DNA from: Tubiluchus corallicola
Taxonomy: Eukaryota > Animalia > Priapulida
Direction: 5' to 3'
Length of the DNA stretch: 64,000 nucleotides
Assembly: GCA_030141605.1 (NCBI GenBank)
Contig: JAQGDQ010000642.1
Coordinates: 1 to 64,000 of the forward strand
Shown here piece by piece: positions 1 to 14,175 of this stretch (its first letter is position 1; each line of letters starts with the position of its first letter). The translations under genes were made by a program, and so were the position numbers. The notes beneath the pieces were generated by a model. The model saw only the letters and a list, made by a program, of their open reading frames with translations. It was not told where the DNA came from and did no database searches.

Positions 1-176
1 AACATACATTACCTTTCAAAACGTCATTTTACCTCATTTTTATATACAACGTTTACATACAGATTTTTTTCTAAAACTAGATATCAATATTTATCAAATT
101 AGAACGTGTTCCAATTTTCTTACGTTAAATTCACAAGTAGAGATCACTAAATCCGTGCAATACACGATGTACATCT

Positions 177-619
177 GTGAATTGCCTTTTAGTTTAGTTT
201 AAACATAATTTATTTAGGATTGGATCAGACAGTTTGAATAACATGATTTAGGATCCTCACCACAACATACACTATTTACAAAAACATTTACTGTAAGAAT
301 TGACTATAACTACACAAGCTGACAAGTTTTACTACAAGAATACATTAGACATTAGTACAAAATGACGGTTAGAAAGTATTAAATTACGATTATTTAAGAC
401 TTTTGCATTTCATATCGGATAGAAACTACTGAAAGCGCTTAGTACGTAATATAAAGTCATGTATACATTAGAATATTTTACAGTTAGCAACATAGTTAAA
501 TTCATCTTTTCCGAATAATAACAACTTCAACAGATCATTATTTAAAAAGGCAGCTATATTAAGGCAGAAAAATTTCATTTAATTTATCAAACATAATAAT
601 GATGGTGAATTGCCTTTTA
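177..619 (-). mobile_element. 5'-truncated LINE fragment with 15-bp target site duplication
   Basis: GTGAATTGCCTTTTA at 177-191 and 605-619; minus strand has a DEFNYVANCKIF-like ORF2 C-terminal remnant, AATAAA and an (AAACT)n tail. Confidence 0.65.
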
Positions 620-2569
620 ATGACCTTTACTGAATTTCAAACCATTCGAGACAAAAAACAAACCCAAATATTATTCAAATTTCAATAATGTATTGAATAC
701 ATATCTATGATCAAAAGCGAGGCAAATAATAGACTATTCATTAGTTGAGAATTTCTCAGTGCCAAACCCTGTGTATAATCTGACTGTCCTTCTCTGCCCA
801 TTAGAGTGTTGATTCGACAAAACAACAAATTAAGCGTTTTCTTAAGAATTTATCCCTCGCCTCTCCATGGAAAGGTCGGGAATGAAAGAAGTTCAAATTA
901 ATCTGCAGATAAAAAGATAGCGTAACACGTTCGTATAATGTGTAACACTTGGGAGTGTTGTTTTAATGATTACGTCAGCGCAAATCATTCTTTAATCCCT
1001 TCAGACTTGCCCACCTCACACTCAGGTATACAATTTCATTCTAATCGTGCATAGAATCAGAGGAAAATGTTATTAATTCGTTATGAAATCGTTTTCGCGT
1101 CCATATAACTAGTGCGTATAAAAGCCAGAGACGTTTTACTCGGCCAAGCAGAAATTAAAAATATTAGCTTTCTGCAGAAATCCCACGCTTTTGCCGCACA
1201 GCCCAAATTAGAGCAGTCAGCTAGATTCATTAAACACAGTTGCTACGAACGTTTGAGTTCCTAGACAAATTTTGTAGAGAGGGAAACTCGGGTAACCAAA
1301 TAATCGCCACAGCTGCTGTTATTTCGTCCAAATAAAAGACCGTACAGCCAAGAAGACAAAGTGGAACGCATAAAAACCCAAGGTTTTTTTCGCTTGGCGC
1401 CAATAAAGGAAACATTTCACAACACGTCGGAAAGGGATTCTATCCTCAAATTACGAATACGTATAGAGTGAATTTTACTAAATTAAAACTTAGCTAAGAA
1501 TGTGATGCATTCAAAGATATTCAAACGATTAAGCTCAAATACAGTTGTCTGCATAAAGTGTGGTATTTAAAAAGATTATGTGATTTCCTATAGATTAGTT
1601 CAAAGGTTAAGAAGTACTAATACATTTGAACCAAACTACCGGAAACCAAATAAATTTTTTGAATGCCTGAGGGTAAATTTTTTCTCAGTACGCCTACTGT
1701 ATATTAGCTTAATTGTCTATATATCTTTGATTAATTATAAATTTTAATAATATATATGTACGTGGGTACGTTTCGACTTTTTCCGTCGGCCATTTTCAAA
1801 CAAAAATAATAGTAATAGTAAACATTTAGCTCGCATTTTTTCATTCATATTACAGAAAAATTTGCTGTTAATACCTAATAAGTATCAGGTGAACTAACGA
1901 CATTATTTGAACTAAACTGAGCCTTTATAGATTAGTTAACTGCCTGTGATAAAAATTAAACTGAACCTGTTTGTGTGTTTGACTTTGGCCTGTTTATAAA
2001 TAAAGACCAACTTCACCTTAAACTGAATCGAGTAAAATTTATTTAGCGATCTGACAACAGATGCTGTACAAGGCATTGTTTTTTTTTCGTAAACTTGACC
2101 TACAACATTGTTACGCCACTATTGTTCTATTGTTTTATGGCTACATAAAGTTTAGCGGCTACAGAGATCTAAACCCGTAACAAATATTAGAATTTATAAT
2201 AGAGTCTCTAAGTATGGAGTTTCCAGCGATGGTGACCCTGAAATCCGGTCAGCTTCGGTCAAGTTTATAAAGTTTTACATCATAAAGTTGAATCGTAAAC
2301 GTAGAATAGTGTTAGTATAATAGCATAGGTCAGTACTGGGGAACGATTCCAAACACTGCTTACTAAAGTACTTTAAAAACTTTAGGTCATAAATTTCGTA
2401 CATTTATAGTGAAAGCCAAACTAGCCAGACACAAAGTATAGACAATCTAGCCAAAATAAGTCAACTCTGTTGTAGAAAATTATTCCAACTATAGGGCTTT
2501 CTTAGCAAAAAGCGATATTATTTTATTATACAATCAATATGTATCTTAAAAACTACTGATGCAATGATA

Positions 2570-3345
2570 ATAAAGTGCTTTCAAATATATGGGATGAATA
2601 CTTGAAACACAGAAGATGATATTAAAAGTAGGAAACGACGGCAATGTACGGTTTATATCCTAAATTTAATTGTAACGAGCAAGAAACTATCCGTCAAAAC
2701 AAGGCTGTAACTCTTCAATACATATGTAATTAGTATCTTAATGAACAACAGTGAAATGTGGTGCTCAACTGCAACTCAGAAGCAGAAATAAATCTGTTTT
2801 ACAGAGGCCTACTCAGAAAAATCTTAAAAATAAACCGGCCGTACATCATTTCAAATGAACAGCTGCATAATGGAACCAAACAAAAACCTTGGAGCACTAA
2901 AATCAGAATCAGAAGATTTAAGATGGGTAGGACATTTAATGACATTGCCAGAAACAACACCAGTAAAATTAGCATTAAGCAGAATCAAAGTAGAACATTG
3001 GAGCACTAAAATCAGAATAAGAAGACTAAGATGAGTATGAAATTTAATGACATTGCCAGAAACAACACCAGTAAAATTAGCATTAAACAGAATCAAAGTA
3101 GAACATTGGAGCACTAAAATCAGAATAAGAAGACTAAGATGAGTTTGAAATTTAATGAGATTGTCAGAAACAACATCAGTAAGATTAGCATTAAACGAGG
3201 CGCTTAAACCTACTAAACGACCCCCAGGTAAAATCAAAAACAACTTGGATATGAAGAATTAATAAAGATTTACAACAGCTGAGAGCAAATTTAACAATAT
3301 CATCGCAGGATTTCAGCTGCAGACCGGAAACAGGAGAATATTCTA
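2570..3345 (+). mobile_element. Degenerate RTE-like LINE 3' ORF fragment with internal 108-bp triplication
   Basis: LLRKILKI..IISNEQL..WSTKIRIRRLRW.GHL..LP..RPPGK motifs; repeat units start at 2889, 2998 and 3106. Confidence 0.7.
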
Positions 3346-6179
3346 GTAAAGAATGGTGTCTCCAGGTCTACAATAGATGTTTAGATCAACAGAAGAAGAA
3401 GTTACTTTTTGATAACAATGGTAGATATGCAAATATCACCATCGCCATCAATTACACGATTTTTTTTTTAAATTTTGAAGATAAAGCAGTTATTAATTGC
3501 TTCGTGTGCAAATGTGCATCTATGATAGTTGTGACTTCAGAACACACGCATACCTAGTGTGGTGTAATTGCTTTCTACACTTTATACTAAAATCAATACG
3601 GTTCACACTGTTGGCGAAGTTACAAAGAAAACGGAATTCGGTTTTGTACGAGCGTTAAAGTTAATCAAGGACCGCCGACTGTCCAAATTGAATTTCACTT
3701 TCGTTTGGCACAAAGACCCTACTGTGAAACGCTAATCGCTGACCTATACTTCAACACAGCTTTACTTCGATCATGTTGCGCTATTGTCCTTCTTCAGATG
3801 TGAAATTTCTGGTGGCGACATTGGATTAATGCACGAAGCATGTTCTATTATATTGGAATAAGTGAAAAAACTACAGCAGAAGAATTTCACGGTAAAGTGT
3901 CAAAGCTATGCAATGCCTTCGAATTAGGCCAACCTTAGTTTTAGCAAAGATACTTTATAAAGCGATTACAAGACATTTGATACATGCAGTACGTAAACGA
4001 GGAAAGTATTTTTCCAGTTTCTATGAAAGTACACAAGTTGCTATTGATAACCTTTACGAAAACTAAAACAAACGTTAAACCTGCATGTAGAAATGCAGAC
4101 TGTACTTTGGTCCTCTACAGCCTGTATGCTAGACCTCATTTGCGTGGCCTGAGACAAATGGCTATACGGTGTCACACACGGCGTGGGGGATTTATAGCAG
4201 ACATGAATTATACTTATAACTACGACGCAATTGCAATGTTAACATAGCTGATGGCACTCTTTCATTAAAGTCCTGGGACTTAAGGCTATTAAACCTTTTT
4301 GCCTAGCTAGATTTGTAATTTATTTCTGATTTGTAATTTATTGTCCACTTCAGCATAATTATATTATCACATTGTAATTGTTATACATCAAATCAATTGT
4401 AGTTACAATAATTATAAAAGAACTATATTAATATAGTTACTAACTACATAATAGTTTATCAACAGGAAATAGATGCTGCATGGTGGTTAAGAAGTAAAGC
4501 TTGTAAGACCACCATGAAAAGTGGAGAAAAAACTGCTTAATTGAGAAGGGAAAGAATTATAGAAAAGCTGGGAATAGTAAAGATAAAGTAATAGAATTAG
4601 ATAGAGAAAGACAGAAATGAAATAGAAAGGAGTTCAGTAGAGACGCGATGCAAAAGTATGAAAAAATAAAAACTATAAAATAACCCGTCACTGGATATAC
4701 TGTAACCGGTCACTGGATATACTGTAACTATTGCACTTCACGGAAAAACCGAAAGAATGCATTATAAGTAAGATTTCGGCAGAAGAGGTTTCATATATCT
4801 TTTAAAGCCAAATAATTTTCCATGTGTTATGACGTAAACTAATATTTTATTCCATAGATATATCTACAACATATTTAAACTATAATATTATTGCAATATT
4901 TTCTGGGCAAGACTTACGTTAATTTACGTTAAACTTCTACACCAAAATAATGCTTTTCTTTCGCTTGCATTGACTTTTGAGTGAACATAGCAGAATTAGA
5001 CTGACTTTTTCAGGTTTTTAGCACTACTAATTAAAAATAATTGACATTTTTATGATGAGCTGTGGTCAAGAATGCGTCTTTGTCGCCACTGGTTAAGAAA
5101 CATTAAAACAGAAAAAATTCTGAAATTTGGAAAGTAAATACACTTGAAGTTTTTTTTAATGGTGGCTCCGTACGAGGTGTTGCTGGCATTTTTTTATCTC
5201 TTTATATGTGCCTTTCTAAACTGCTCTCAATAATCGCTTCACTTAACTAATTTCTACAATCGGCAACGGTGTTTTCTTCAAAAATAGATTCTCTAGGAAC
5301 ATAAACACGTTGCATAATTCCCATTGTCCGGTCAGGTATGGGCGCTGAGAGATAAAACATGGCCACAACATGCAAGCATAACATGTGTGAGCTGTGAGAG
5401 TTTAATGGGAACCAGTTTCACTTGTTGGTTCAGTCTCCTTTCAAAAGCATTAAAATTCCTTTCCAATGCGACAGAAAATTACAAATTTCACTTTCGCTAC
5501 CGGGATGAGAGAACCTCACAGTTCAAAAAACCGGTTTTCACTTTTAATCTCGTGTAGGAATTTACGATTCGTGTCGAGTTTACTTCTGATGTGTAGTATC
5601 ACATGGCAATGTCTCAGGTTATCAACCGTAATGATATAAAACTTATCAGCTCTTACAAAGACTGCAGACATCATTAAACTAACGTTCTTACTACATTTTT
5701 ATGTTGACAATGGGGTGATGGATTTAACTGGTGTTAATGGGGTGATGGAATTAAGCAAGACTATGTCACAAAGTGTTTCCTAGTTTCCTAATAAAAAAAC
5801 GTTATCCACTGAATACTAGATGAACAGAAGGTACAATAATACAGAAGATAATATTGGGTAAAGTTTGAAAAACTAATCAGAGCATGCGTCACTTCGCTAA
5901 CTAAGCAAAAGTATGAATTATTTTATCTTAGGAGGAAGATTAAAAATGCCTTTTTGGTGAATCGGTGGTGCACACTGGGAAGGTGAGTCAGTGAAGCACA
6001 CTGAGGTGAGCCAGTGGTGCACACTGGGAAGGTGAGTCAGTGACATTTCACCAGTTGGCGCGAACATTTGAAGTGACAAAAAATTTCTTTTTGTAGTTAA
6101 TGTTCAAGCGACACTTGGTAATGATAAGTAATGTAACTTTGTGTTGAAAACTTTTTTGATACTTGCTTTAAAATAACTT

Positions 6180-6325
6180 GGGCGGCGGAGTGGTTTAGAT
6201 TTCGGAGTACAACCACGCAGTCTTGAGTTCGAAACTAGCGGCATATACCCTACATGTTATTCGTTATTTGTGTGTATTTTACACAAGGCACTAAATAGCC
6301 ATTAGTCCTAAGGTTGTCTGTTAAA
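6180..6325 (+). mobile_element. tRNA-derived SINE fragment
   Basis: A-box-like GGCGGAGTGG and B-box GTTCGAAAC, then a tgtgt..caaggcact core; no intact cloverleaf. Confidence 0.5.
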
Positions 6326-6339
6326 TGAACGACGGTAAC

Positions 6340-6552
6340 ATTATGCACTAATTAAGTAGTTAACAGAAGCCAAATAGGTAATGAATAAGCAGACCAGTAG
6401 AAAAGAAATTGATACAATAAATTATGCACTAATTATGTATTTTCAAAAGCCAAATAGGTAATGAATAAGCAGACCAGTAGAAAAGAAATTGATACAATAA
6501 ATTATGCACTAATTATGTATTTTCAAAAGCCAAATAGGTAATGAATAAGCAG
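6340..6552. repeat. 80-bp tandem repeat, about 2.6 copies
   Basis: Units start at 6340, 6421 and 6501. Confidence 0.9.
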
Positions 6553-7038
6553 CAGTGAAGAAAACGTGTATGAAAATAAAGTTAAAGGAATTGAACTGCT
6601 TTGTACATTAGCAGAAGGCTTATTAGGGTACAGAGATAAACTTTCTTTTATTAATAAGTCTTAGTTCGTACATTTCGTTCGTTAGTCCTAGTTCGTTCGT
6701 TAAAAGTTCGCACATTTACCACTGATGAGAGCAGCAGACGTCGAAACGTTTGGCGTGATTTTTACTTTTTAACGTAAAACTTTTTAATAAAATTGAGTTG
6801 TTTTTAACTAACGTTATATACTTTAACAGATCCGAGTTTCAACGAAGCTGCATGCTATGCTCTGAAATCAACTAAGCAGGTTAAACAGGTTGTAATAGGT
6901 TAGCAGCAATTATTGAATTATTAATTGCAAATTTCGTTTTGTTTGTACGTTTCTATGTCAATGGGATGTTTGTTCGCGTAATTCAAGTTCAGAATTGACG
7001 GTGAACGAAGTTTATACCTGCAAACACTCATAAATAGA

Positions 7039-7650
7039 TTAAAGCAAAACCGGACCAAATCTTAAACTGTAGGTCAAAACAATCTACTCTTTAAAATATT
7101 GAAAGTAAAGATACTATTTTTTTTCAAAAATGCCTTACGTGAAAGAATTATTACCACATAAAGACAATTTCATGTTCGCGCCACTAGATCTCTGTTACGT
7201 GCATTTCGCTATTCGCTAGTTAGACGGGCACTAGCGCCTGCATTTCAGAAACGTGTTGCATAAAAAACGGGTGCTGCACCTCTCGGTTCAGAGGTGTTCG
7301 TTTGCGACGTAGTACACAGGTCCGACAGCTCACGCGTGAGCACAGGCGATGAATTTTGAATTCTTATCTTAAAACTTGCCTAGTTTTAGCAAAACATACA
7401 GAATCTCTTACAGTAGCACTGTAGTTCAATTTTCACTTTGGCAAGCACGTGCAAGGAATGTTTTTGCTGTTTAAAATTATGTTCATTTGTGATGTCATCA
7501 ATAGCTGGGCTCGCAGACCGTCAATTAATATTTTATACTATTATTTAACTACCACAAACGCTTTTGCAGTACTACAGATGTTAAAATGTATACTTTTTAC
7601 CAGACTTGAAAGTGGGGTAGTATGTGAAAAATCATCCTGTCTTGCTTTAA
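7039..7650 (+). mobile_element. Non-autonomous TTAA-target DNA transposon (Kolobok-like), family C
   Basis: TTAA-AGCAAAACCGGA ... TCCTGTCTTGCT-TTAA; related copies at 40120-40488, 53930-54527, 57571-57711 and 62866-63483. Confidence 0.75.
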
Positions 7651-9696
7651 GAATTTAATGTCATTTTTGTTTGTTAATACGAAATGCTCGTAATGTTATG
7701 TTCGTATCATATCTCCAATTGTTAACAGTTAGTCTTTGGATCTACAAACCTTTTCGTTCTTATGTTGGGGTAGTTTCAATAAAACTAAAGCTGGTTTTGT
7801 ATTAATTCCCATGAATTTTATAACTTCGCGATTATTTAACGATTATTTCGCGTTGTTATGTTAAAATCATTTTTGGTAAGTCAATAAACCGAGCAGACTT
7901 CATTAGGAAGAAGTTCAAGCAATAAAGACGACCTCTTCCTGCTGAATTAATATTCAGGTGTGGAAACAATCCATTGGTCAATGATCCTGGCATTGTGAAA
8001 AGCTGGTCGACGGCACCTCCTTAAGGAAAACTGTTCATGCGATTAGAAGTCAAAGACTTCGCGAAGCAATTTATATACTCAATTTACGTGATAACCTCTT
8101 TCAAGCAGTTCATCTAAAACTGGTTAATTTCACAGAAATACCTGCCGCCCTGCGAACGATAATTTTACTAGTTCACATTTCATTTAAATACCTGTTATTC
8201 GATTGAGAATTTGATGAGAGAACACGTGGTGAAAGCATCAGAACTACGTGATTCACGGCAGACGGTTGGTTAAAGGCCTATGCCCCGTTGACCGGATGAG
8301 TAGTACTGATAACATAGATTGCATAACTTGAAGTCTAGAGGAAGCTGATGTATTGTCTGCTTAGAACACAACAATGGTGGGCTAAGTTAGGGAAATAATA
8401 GTACCTCATTTCCTGACTAATGGGGTGGTGATCTACCGGATAGTTGCTTATTACCTGGGTGAGTTAGAGGTTAAAAAGTACAACAGAAGTTGCGTGAAGG
8501 TAATAATATCAAAAAACATCTTCGAATTTAAAGGATTAAACTTAAACATACTGTTATTCTTAACCCAAAATTTGCTTCCAATATTTGAACAATAATCACC
8601 CAAAGGGATTCATCAGAATAACCCTTATAAAAAAACTTTGAGTATTACTTACACGTGACCTGAGATACTATACTCTCAGGTTATAATTAAATCTCGCAGG
8701 TACACAACACGTAGCTCACAAGAGGACGCAGTAACCTTGAGAACAGACTTTGCGCAAAATATCACACTTGATATCGGATTGTATTTAACTTGAAAACCTT
8801 AATGATGCCACGTAAACAATTTTCGATTTTATCCGACTGTTTGTATGGTGTGACCTCTCTCCCCTAGGAATGCTGTTTTTTAATCATGGCAGAGGTCAGT
8901 GGGTAAGCGGCAAAAACGCTTTCAACGATATCTAGGCAAGCTTGGACGTTTTGCAAGAAAAAGGGCAAATCATAAAAACTGGCAACAGCTAATTGAGTTG
9001 TTGCTGTGATCAGATACGCAAGTTTGAGGGTCATGCAGACAAAATGCCAAGGATAAGAGCTATTTCACTTGCTTTTTTATTCATTATTGTTTTCTTCTCT
9101 AACCATAGTGTTTATGTGATTTCAGGACACACACTAGCGATGTCATTTCTATTCAGTTGTTGTTACCGTTGTTACCCTGCCATCATTACTACAACTGTTA
9201 CCATCGTCGCTGCTGTTAGTTCTATCATTGTCCAAGTTGACATCAATGCTGTCACCGTCACTGACATCATTATTAACGCCATCGTCACTACCACTTTGTT
9301 GAATTTATTATGAATGCTGATGTTTAACTAGAAGCCTTGCTCGCCTTATGCAAAATTCTTATGTGAACAGGCAAAAAGAAATTTATAAACTGACTGTCAG
9401 TTTACGTAACCGTGTCCAGAATTGTTAAGTATCTGGTAAAATACGTATAATGACGTGATCCGTAGAAATTTTGCTACGTGTGTACTTTTGCTAGATTAAG
9501 AAAATCTTTTGGCCTTGATAGACAGTGGCTTGTAAGCCCAAATGGCTGGGTTTGTCTAAAGTTTTGTCATATATAGAACGGTAATGTGTGATGGATGTAA
9601 ACATTCCACTTTTATAAATATTTTCTTACTCACTCACACACTAGCATCGCCATAACCTTGTCACAAGCGTCACTGTCGTCGTAGTTGTTATCGTCA

Positions 9697-10196
9697 AATA
9701 GAATAGAATGGAACGGAATGGAATGGAATGGAGTGGAGCAGAATTGACTTCAATGGAATGAGATGGAATGGGTAGGAAGAGAAAGGAAGGGAAGGGAAGG
9801 GAAGGGAAGGGAAGAGGAGAGGAGAGGAGAGGAGAGGAGAGGAGAGGAGAGGAGAGGAGAGGAGAGGAGAGGAGAGGAGAGAAGAGAAGAGAAGAGAAGA
9901 GAAGAGAAGAGAAGAGAGGAGAGGGAGAGAGGAGAGGGAGAGGGAGAGGAGAGGAGAGGAGAGGAGAGGAGAGGAGAGAGAAGAGAGAGAAGAGAAGAGA
10001 GAAGAGAAGAGAGAAGAGAAGAGAGAAGAGAGAGGAGAGGAGAGGAGAGGAGAGGAGAGGAGAGAGGAGAAGAGAAGAGAAGAGAAGAGAAGAGAAGAGA
10101 AGAGAAGAGAAGAGAAGAGAAGAGAAGAGAAGAGAAGAGAAGAGAAGAGAAGAGAAGAGAAGAGAAGAGAAGAGAAGAGAAGAGAAGAGAAGAGAA
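9697..10196. repeat. Compound pentamer microsatellite (GAATG/GAAGG/GAGAG/GAAGA)
   Basis: Directly visible. Confidence 0.97.
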
Positions 10197-11419
10197 TGTA
10201 TTCCTTGCATTCATAAAAGGTATGAATTATTGTATTTATTAAAAATAATATAGAATCCAAATTATAAAAATGGTAGAATTAAAAGATAGTGAATAGACGA
10301 AAAAAGTCAAAACATAAAAGATTATCGATGTTTATGTATAAAAAATATGGTGATAAGATCAAATTTATACACTATGTATATACCTAAAAAATCTAAAAGT
10401 TAAAAAATCTATAATGGTTAATTAAAAGCAATACGATTAAAAATCAAATTTATAGTATTCTAAAACGCAATTATAAATTTACAAAATCCGAAGTCCGTCT
10501 AAAATTTACAATGATTATTTAAAAGCACTGTATATACGACTAATTTAAAAGTGTTTGTAGCATACCAGTTTAAGCTGTGCTTCTGACAATTTAAACAAAC
10601 TAAAACAAACAGAATTACCTAACGTGAAATCAAACTAATTAACCTCAGTTCACACCTGTCTGTAATTAATTAACTTTTAATGCCGTGAAGACCAACTCAA
10701 TCTTTTCCTCCACGGTGTCACCCACTGGTTTGTTGCGCATGCGTCATATGCACTGTCCTCAATTTGTGCATTCGTCGTGATCCTCTACTGCTTTAAATAG
10801 TTTTATGTCGTTTTTTTATCTTATTTAAGTACTTTGTTACGGTGATAAAAGCTTCTCATTGCTACACATCATTCATTGAACATGAATGGTTTCAGTTTTC
10901 ATTCTAGGAAAAAATAAAAGTTTATTTTTAAATTCTTTTGCAAATAAACAACTTCACAGCAAAATTCAAATTTTTTTCAATGTAAGATGGTTTAGGTGTG
11001 TCAGACTAGTTTACGATAATTTACACTAGAATTTTATGCAGACTGTTTGGAAATGGACTGTCACTAATCTATTGTTCTCGTAGTCGCCTCTAGGCCTCAT
11101 ATAATTACCCGGTTTCAATAAAGGCTAACCTTGTGTACTCCATGTCGCGAAATTTGCCAACTGCCTCGAGTTATTTTTTGAACTTGTTGTCTTTATAATT
11201 AATGTTCTGCGTCTAACTGATGAGTAAGTCAGTGAATATGGTGAAATGGGTTAGGGCGTTACTGAGCGTTACTGAGCGTTACTGACACCCTGAACGATTT
11301 CATTTCTCTTTTTACCAAAATGAAGCGTCACGTTTGTGTATTAAAACTGATGAAATGAAGAGTTAATTAGTGGTTCAGCTTAATGTGCCCGAGGAGTATC
11401 TCCATTCGTAAAAAAACTC

Positions 11420-11475
11420 ATGACGATGATGATGATGATGATGACGACGATGATGACAACGACGACGACGATGAT

Positions 11476-11510
<35 letters not shown>

Positions 11511-11818
11511 TGATGATGATGATGATGATTAGGGTAAATACCACCGGCAGTCCCTGTAGCAACACTGGCAGCAACAATAATGCATGCAGTGATGGTGCTA
11601 ATGAAGACATAAGGATAAGTAATGGCTATAAAATAGCTGCTTTTTACTGCTGCCTTTGATGGTCATGTTAGTGACCCCAATGACAGTGACAGTGATGATG
11701 ATGTTGATGGTGACGATGACGACGACGACGATGATGGTGATGATAATGATGATGATGATGAGGAGGAGGAGGAGGAAGACGACGACGACAGACGACGACG
11801 ACGACGACGACGATGATG

Positions 11819-11850
<32 letters not shown>

Positions 11851-11885
11851 GAGGAGGAGGAGGAGGAGGAGGAGGAGGACAATAA
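11420..11885. repeat. Two compound trinucleotide arrays (GAT/GAC/GAG)
   Basis: 11420-11530 and about 11680-11885. Confidence 0.95.
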
Positions 11886-12640
11886 CGATTTCTAAATAAT
11901 CTTTACACCTAAACATTATCAGAATTCAAACAGAAAGAAAACTAAAGATCATTCAACACCATTCGCAAACTGTGATGAATTATTTAGCAATCACTTTTAC
12001 TTTAAGTATTGGCTTCATTAATTAATTATCTTGATGGCTACCTGCGCATAAACTAAACCGAGCTTTGGTGGCCACGATGTGAAAGACCAATACCCAATTT
12101 TGCGAATTACAAGAAAACGTCTAATATGAGTTACGTCAGGATGCTGACGGTGTGTTTCAAAGTCCGATTTAATTTTAAGAAAAAATGGACATTGTTATCG
12201 TCAGCATTGACGTGTCTGTTCACTTAATTGTGTATTATTTACTCTTCCTGCTTTAGAAATCACGAACCTTCTTGCTTATTGTTACGTCTTGGCATGATAA
12301 TTGGCTGGGTATTATAATAGAATTGTTAACCATACTGCTTCCGTCATATTTCTACCTTGTTCTTCTGCCGTAAGGACAAAAATCGCGTGCGTTGAGTTCA
12401 CCTTTCAAAAAATCTGTCCCCACCAGTGAAAGCTTATCATCACTGAGCTACTGTCTTGGTGGTTCTCATTGTTTTTTCGACTCTAAAAGCTGACCTTAGC
12501 AAACACCAAGATAAGGCATCTAAATCCCACTTTCGGTGGCAGAAAATTTCGCTCATAGCCCGGAGCGTGAATTTCTCGTGTTTCACTTTCGCTGGGTGAA
12601 AGTGGTGATGACGAGGCGCGTCACGGTTGAAAGGGGAAGG

Positions 12641-12837
12641 TATAAGAGCGTTTCGTCAGATGCGCGCCGCAGTTACTGAGAGAGGCGCCCGGATTACAGA
12701 AGAGCAATAAATTCAAGTTTAGGTTAGTAACGTGTTAAAATTATCACACTTAGAATTTTCACTCCTGTAAAATACTGTGCTGAGATTAACTTAAAATTGT
12801 AAAATCAACTGGATTTAACAGTTTATTGCTCATCGAG
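12641..12837 (+). promoter_or_regulatory. Candidate core promoter and non-coding first exon of the ZP gene
   Basis: Locally GC/CpG-rich; TATAAGA at 12641, Inr-like GCAGTT with its A at 12671 (30 nt downstream); possible donors at 12723 (GTTAGT) and 12838 (GTAAGT). The link to the ZP gene is inference. Confidence 0.4.
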
Positions 12838-13339
12838 GTAAGTGGATTTTGTAATTTCTGAGATGCAGTGAAAATCCAAGATTGGAATGGCAAAAGTAAA
12901 AGTGGATATGTGGTATAACAGTAGTAATATAATTCTTACAAAGGGCTGTTATAATTTGACAGTTTTTGAAATTTAATCACCTTATGAAACTTTTTATTTA
13001 TAGTAGTTATAGTTACAGTTTTAAGTTATAATATCGGAAAATTGCGATAAGTTAGTTATGATAATTGCGATTAGAAGATAGTTAACGATAACAATTTTTT
13101 GTTCTAACAAATGTTTAACTGATGTTTTTAAATAAAAGTAAAACGTAAACTGTATCTAAAAAAGTAAGATAGTTAGTGAATAAACATTTTTTTCTTAACA
13201 TTTTGTTTACAAACGCAGTAGTAGCTATAGTAGTTTTAACTAGTGTTTCTGTTAGAAAAACATTTGAACTAATCCAAGGTACATTGATGAATTCGAGCAC
13301 CAAATGTTTATTTAACACATTTCCATCAAAAATCGGTGG

Positions 13340-13760
13340 ACCTCTAAATTTCTGCCTCTCTATTTGCCACTAGAGAAGTACTTGACGTGCCTAATCTATT
13401 TGAGAATCTTCTTTCAGTCTTTTTCGCTAAAATGGCTAACCTTCGTAATTCTAAACAGTTGTTAGCGTCCGGGGCGATTATAGATGCTGTAGCCATCATT
13501 AGGCGAAAAAAGCATCCATAATAGTGGCGAGAGCGATCACGCATGTGTACCCCTCTTTACTGTGGTATGTAGTCGTAACTCGGACAAGGACAACTTACCT
13601 CTATTACACTCTGTAATAATAATGTATCTACGGCTCAGTAATAGTTACAACAGGATCCTTTCAACAGTCGTGTTATATGGACATCTCATTCGTAACACTT
13701 TGACCCCACACGTCTAATTTCACATCCATCATCGCTTTGAATAATGTACTCATTGGTACA
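13340..13760 (-). mobile_element. Possible remnant of a restriction-like-endonuclease non-LTR element (R2/R4/NeSL type)
   Basis: The minus strand gives VIEVSCP followed by a KEGY-like stretch in decayed frames; recognised from memory only. Confidence 0.3.
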
Positions 13761-14175
13761 CGTATGATTGATTTCAATAATCTCTGCTTTCTTTAAACCG
13801 TTACAGTAGCCAAAGAGTACTTCAGCTGTAGGTGTATTTCAGTTTTGAAAATTAGATCAATTTCGTTAACCCAACGTGTCTTAAAGTTTGAATTGGGTAA
13901 CGCCCTTATTAATTATAGGTTAGTGGGCAGGAACGTGTCAAACACCTTAATTTTTCACATATTTTATTGTTGTTGACACGACTTGGATTGAGCTTGTAAA
14001 CAAGCTTTTCAATTTTGTTAAATTGCATAGCTAACGCTAAGACGCTGACGTTCTGGTTGGTACTATTACAATTTTCAATTCTTATTTTAATAAATATTGT
14101 AGCTTATACTGCGTTTTTTCCTCCCGAGTTAATCTTTGTCTTACAGATGAATTAGTAAATTTTGCTCAATAATAT

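Noticed and set aside
6180-6245. tRNA gene (also 35745-35815 and 52000-52045)
   Set aside because: A/B boxes are present but there is no acceptor or anticodon stem; interpreted as SINE heads.
9641-10260. Long Ser/Leu and Arg/Glu ORFs
   Set aside because: Translations of a pentamer microsatellite.
11212-11256. Second CTGATGA...GAAA hammerhead-like match
   Set aside because: No stem II pairing and no UH cleavage triplet after GAAA.
11380-11916. Poly-Met/Thr/Asp/Glu ORFs
   Set aside because: Trinucleotide microsatellites with no splice or homology support.
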